Below, piece by piece: positions 63,500-64,000 of a stretch of 64,000 nt of DNA (the stretch's first letter is position 1; each line of letters opens with the position of its first letter). The notes beneath the pieces are model-generated. The model had not been told where the DNA came from, did not search any database, and worked only from the letters and a program-made list of their open reading frames with translations. The translations under genes were made by a program, and so were the position numbers. The stretch is from Raja brachyura (lineage: Eukaryota): the NCBI GenBank assembly GCA_963514005.1, contig OY740782.1:150908001-150972000 (forward strand), written 5' to 3'.

Positions 63500-63967
63500 C
63501 CCTGGGATGGCGGGACTGTCATATGAGGAAAGTTTGAAAAGACTAGGCTTGTATTCTCTGGAGTTTAGAAGTATGAGGGGAGATCTTATAGAAACATATA
63601 AAATTATAAACGGACTGGCCAAGCTAGATGCAGGAAAAATGTTCCCAATGTTGGGCGAGTCCCGAACCAGGACCCACAGTCTTAGAATAAAGGGGAGGTC
63701 ATTGAAGACTGAGGTGAGAAAAAACTTTTTTACTCAGAGAGTTGTGAATTTATGTAATTCCCTGCCACAGAGGGAAGTGGAGGCCAAATCACTGGATGGA
63801 TTTAAGAAAGAGTTGGATAGAGCTCTAGGGGCTAGTGGAGTCAAGGGATATGGCGAGAAGGCAGGCACGGGTTATTGATAGCGGATGATCAGCCATGATA
63901 ACATTGAATGGTGGTGCTTGATCGAAGGGCCGAATGGCCTCCTACACCTATTTTCTATGTTTCTATG
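63500..63967 (+). mobile_element. CR1 3' end
   Basis: ORF 63480-63878 and tail. Confidence 0.92.
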
Positions 63968-64000
63968 AACCAGCACCTTACGATAAATGCGCTGTCGTAT

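Overview
Eukaryotic, repeat-dense genomic DNA from a cartilaginous fish (skate/ray-like by VH and repeat content; species is inference). The main gene is one complete, apparently intact, germline-unjoined immunoglobulin mu heavy-chain cluster on the + strand (48898-62576): leader, VH, D1, D2, JH (RSS spacers 23 | 12/22 | 12/12 | 23), Cmu1-Cmu4 plus secretory tailpiece, TM1 and TM2. This is the elasmobranch multi-cluster IgH organisation, which is a known system. Local oddities are a Trp-to-Leu change at the core VH tryptophan, a GC-AG TM1 donor with an open read-through tail, and a long inverted repeat with an octamer in the J-C intron. The 48 kb upstream is mostly degenerate CR1 LINEs, plus Rex/Babar, L1, Crack-like, Penelope (with a hammerhead motif), DIRS-like, hAT and Helitron-like elements. 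It also holds a near-perfect 8,983-bp tandem duplication whose chimeric junction maps to about 7 bp, and an orphan CpG-island promoter-like block that may be transposon-captured. I see no convincingly new biological system; the findings are candidates to test. Ig exon and RSS coordinates were counted by hand; repeat boundaries are approximate.
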